A DNA stretch of 61,509 nt, the filler included, from Hausera hauseri (lineage: Eukaryota), in NCBI GenBank assembly GCA_046269625.1. It is 11 parts of 11 records of this genome, joined end to end, with 100 filler letters (N's around TTAATTAATTAA, not from the genome) between each part and the next. Parts side by side here need not be neighbours in the genome. Positions count along the whole stretch, not along the records: positions 57,522 to 61,509 come from JBJURY010837637.1; 10 more parts are not named here. One strand, 5' to 3'. The position numbers were made by a program, and so were the translations under genes. Every line of letters starts with the position of its first letter. Positions within the stretch are counted from its first letter, which is position 1. Shown here in pieces: positions 57,996 to 61,509 of this stretch. Under the pieces are notes generated by a model that was not told the origin of the DNA, did no database searches, and saw only the letters and a program-made list of their open reading frames with translations.

Positions 57996-58947
57996 TGTGG
58001 TGCCGTTGTTGCAGACGTCACCACCACTTTTGGCAACCGGTCTATCATTTGGTGCCGTTAGACCGGCTTGTTATCTGCCTCAGTCTTCGCGTGTTGGTTT
58101 TCGTTTGATTGGCGGTCGACCCACATCCTGTTTCAAAAATTCAGAGAACATCTCACAATCCATATGCCATCAAATAATGATATTGCTGAGCACGTAAAAA
58201 GAGGCAAGAAGCTTTGGAAGATCCATATATAAGACGTAAATGTTACGATCAATTCTGTGAAATATGTATTAAGTGTTAAAGAATCTTTAGCGAAAAGAAC
58301 TATTCCACCAGAACCCGCCGTTGCGGAAGACAAACTTTTCTATTACATATAAATTTCAAAGAGATAGTGATAAAGAAGTATACTATGTCATTGGAATATA
58401 GTTCTATCCCGGCGTGATTAACCCGAAAGCTTTTTACAATGAATTAACAATAAAGCGTCACATTTAGAAGATTTGCAAATAAATTCAATGTTTAAAATCG
58501 GAACAGGATTTTGCGAGTTTACTTACACTTTTACTCATGCGAGTTATTCTCAGGCTTATTTGAGATGTCAGGGCCATAGTTTAGTTATTGAAGCATGGAA
58601 AAGTATGGTGTCAATTGACAGTCTCTAAATATATATAATCTGAATTTGCCAATTTTTGCAAATTATACCATTTATGACAACTGCACTAGTCAGTGTTCTA
58701 ACACAGAATCTCATTTCTTCCATTGTGAAATTAATGATTATTATTATGTTGAGAAGTACATTGAAGGGGAAAATATTTGGTTTGTAAATAAAATCGATTC
58801 TATGTCACTACCGTACTATCACTTATTTTCCAACAAAATTCATCTGGCCTTATTTCGTATCCTATCAAATTAAACAATACCAAATATAATTTGGCGAAAA
58901 TAATCACTGTTGATTAACACTAAACTCGGCTGTCGCGTTAGATTGTT

Positions 58948-59259
58948 ATGCTTGATTTTATAGGGAAAGGCCGAAAGGAAATTTCGGAAGAAATTCGTAT
59001 AATTTATGATTCAAACACTGATGAAGTTTTTGTGTCAGTGGCGGAAGTCAGACTAGATGGAGATTCAATCATTGTCACTGCTAATTGTACATGGATCGTA
59101 TTCATTATCATATCAGCAATGTTTTTGTTTTTGTTGGTGAAAATGACACTTAGAAACCAAAGAAAATCATATAAAATGGAGAAACTGAAAATCCCTAAAG
59201 GTTACGACAGGGACGAAGAGGTTTTTGAAAATAAGAGCATTAAACCATATACGAGATAA
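58948..59259 (+). CDS. Single-pass membrane protein fragment, unknown family
   Basis: Hydrophobic WIVFIIISAMFLFLLV followed by basic residues. The flanking frames are broken. Confidence 0.25.
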   Translation: MLDFIGKGRKEISEEIRIIYDSNTDEVFVSVAEVRLDGDSIIVTANCTWIVFIIISAMFLFLLVKMTLRNQRKSYKMEKLKIPKGYDRDEEVFENKSIKPYTR

Positions 59260-59699
59260 ACAAATTTGTTAAATGTTTTATATCAAGAATTAGAAAATTT
59301 TTATTACGAATAGTTCAAAGGTAAAGGTAGAATCATAAACTCAAGAGATTGGAAAACATCGGAATACACACTTTCATATCAGTCAATTATCTATCCCAGT
59401 TGGCAAGGTGACTAATTTCTCAGAATTAAATACGGAGAGGAGTACAAATTCAATATTTATTTAATGGTTTTGTCACCATCATTACTAATAAATGTCGTTC
59501 CAAAAACAATTTATTCAGTCATTTACCTGCTTATAATATCAAATGAATAGTGAACAAGAGCATGGAATGTGATATAGTCGATTCACCCTACCTTCAAACA
59601 AAACATACAATATAGTTTTGTTTCAATATTACTAATTTACAATTAATATTTTCAATTTCAATTTGTTAGTCATTTTGACTGTATTTATTTGGAGTTGAA

Positions 59700-60600
59700 C
59701 TTCGATGGATTTTTATGCCATGAATGTATGCGTGGATCTTAAATCCCCTTTTATGATATTTTTCGATGCTTTCAGGATGCTTAAAATCGTTAGTGGGGGT
59801 CTGGTTATACTTTTTAAATTATACTATTCAAAAATGTTCACAAAGAAAAAGGCTATTCAATGCATTCGGCGATAGTCACCCTCAACGTTCTTTCGTTCAA
59901 GCACTTTTTTCACAACAACATCTCCATACAACGTAATCGAGTCATTTATAGCAGCTATAAGAATATTCTCTAGATGTGCAAAATAACTGCTTTTTGAAGT
60001 AGTGTTTTGAACACATTCGCACATCTGTTAATTATTCAGTTCATGACACAATCGAACGAGAAAGAACAAATTCTTTGCATCGTCGTAGGAATGAGGATAT
60101 ATCTTGATTATGAACCACTAGGGAGCATAAACTGCAACAATGAAAGAAACAAGCTTCTGAAGTTCAATGGATGGCTCATCTGTGTCCATGTAAAGCCACA
60201 ATGTTGTATTTGCCCGAGTTAGCCACCTTGCATGACAAAGAGCACAAGGAGAAGCAGTTTACAGATACTCAATATCGCTAGACTTGGAATCATTGTGATC
60301 ACATTGCACAGCAAAGCATGTCTTCATGAGATATTTCCTTCACGAGATAAACCCTTCATTATGTTATCATCATCAATGTTATTGACATTTCCAGTAACTC
60401 TAACAAACGAAATTATTGGCAACTTAAATGGATCAAAGTAAAGCTGGCTTCCTACTAACCCCTTGAGTTCCTTTGGCCCAGATGTTTCACCATCAAGAAG
60501 CTTGAAGACATCTCAAAACGACAAGTCACTCAGATGCAACATATAGACTAGCCATGGCAAAAGACGATTCGGTGAAAATTTCAGCTTCCTGACGTGCTCT
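59700..60600 (-). pseudogene. hAT (hATm-like) transposase core remnant, separate copy
   Basis: WLVYMLHLSDL..LDGETSGP..GLVGK, ARWLTRAN..LY, VYAP*WF.IK, YFAHLENILIA, RPPLT. Confidence 0.7.
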
Positions 60601-61509
60601 CATGTGTTTATGTTTATTCTGTAACATGCTATAACACACAGACTGTCAGATGAATGAGCGCCGTGGATCACAGACAGTAGTTCTACACTAATATAACATG
60701 ATCTCCCAGTCTGCGCAGCGACGTGTTCAATATATTGTTCATCTGGAAAAGCAACAATGACATAGTAATCTTCTTCTCTTGTATTTGCTACTCTTCTGTA
60801 TATATGTACAGTCGTAGCTAAAAATTTGCATAATTTTAAAGTTACATGATTTTTTGAGAGAATGTTCATAGATGCTTGTAAATCTCTGTCAAATGATAAC
60901 AAATTGCCACCTGTGAACAAATTTGAACCTGTTAACAGAGAATTTGCATATTTTTAGTAATTACGCGTTAGTTCACTTGGTTTTATTCGATATTTCCATG
61001 CTTCTGTTGTGAATCAGACTGCTATTTTTAAGTAGCGGATTTGAAGAATTCGAAATGTATAAAAATAAATATTTATAAAATTATTTATAGAACTTGTAGT
61101 CATATGCGAAGATTATAGTATGATGATATTCGTAAAAATAGAAAATTAGATCAAACATTAGAATATAATCAAAATAAATCCAAAATAAAATATAAATGAT
61201 CAAAGTCAAGTCCGGCTGAAAAACTATATAAGCAGCTGACTAAAAATCAGAAGTTGAACAAGTTGAAATTTCGACTTAGGTTCGCGAAGCCTTCGATAGA
61301 GCAACTAATTCAGTACCTTACAGACTTTTCTAAAGACTTATTGCTGACATTGTTATTGATCGATAACTCACTGTTTACGATTTCGGTTGAAAGTAGTAAA
61401 ATAAAGGTGATTATTTATTTGTGTATTTTCCTAAACTATATAGATTTCCATCGTCCCTTAAGGACGATTTGTACTACCCTAAGGTAAACTATTACTTAAC
61501 ATTACATAG

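Noticed and set aside
57660-60600. One hAT transposase split by a 1.8-kb insertion
   Set aside because: The upstream remnant already continues into its own RPPLT region (~59790), overlapping in protein coordinates with the downstream piece. They are two copies.

Overview
The window is not contiguous DNA. It is 11 short AT-rich eukaryotic contigs joined by ten artificial 100-nt linkers (N-run, TTAATTAATTAA, N-run), so neighbourhoods across linkers mean nothing. The host is probably a ciliated metazoan: there is an axonemal dynein heavy chain exon, a Dopey C-terminal pseudogene and a TRAF-type MATH domain. Most of the rest is mobile DNA: a DD37E Tc1/mariner remnant, hATm-like remnants, two decayed copies of one small Ty3/Gypsy family, and at least four decayed Polinton/Maverick (adintovirus-like) protein-primed PolB copies plus a capsid/integrase module. 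The standout is contig 17580-30605, a nearly intact, circularly permuted Ty3/Gypsy element of about 13 kb with one 790-bp LTR, a tRNA-Arg-type PBS and a PPT. Its Gag carries a ~950-aa helical extension and a ubiquitin-like domain. Its Pol runs in frame into a signal-peptide/FN3-like/TM membrane protein. A probably spliced 3' accessory gene encodes a catalytically degenerate REX4/ISG20-like exonuclease joined to a RING-HC domain and ends inside the LTR. All domain calls are by-eye motif recognition; no searches were run.
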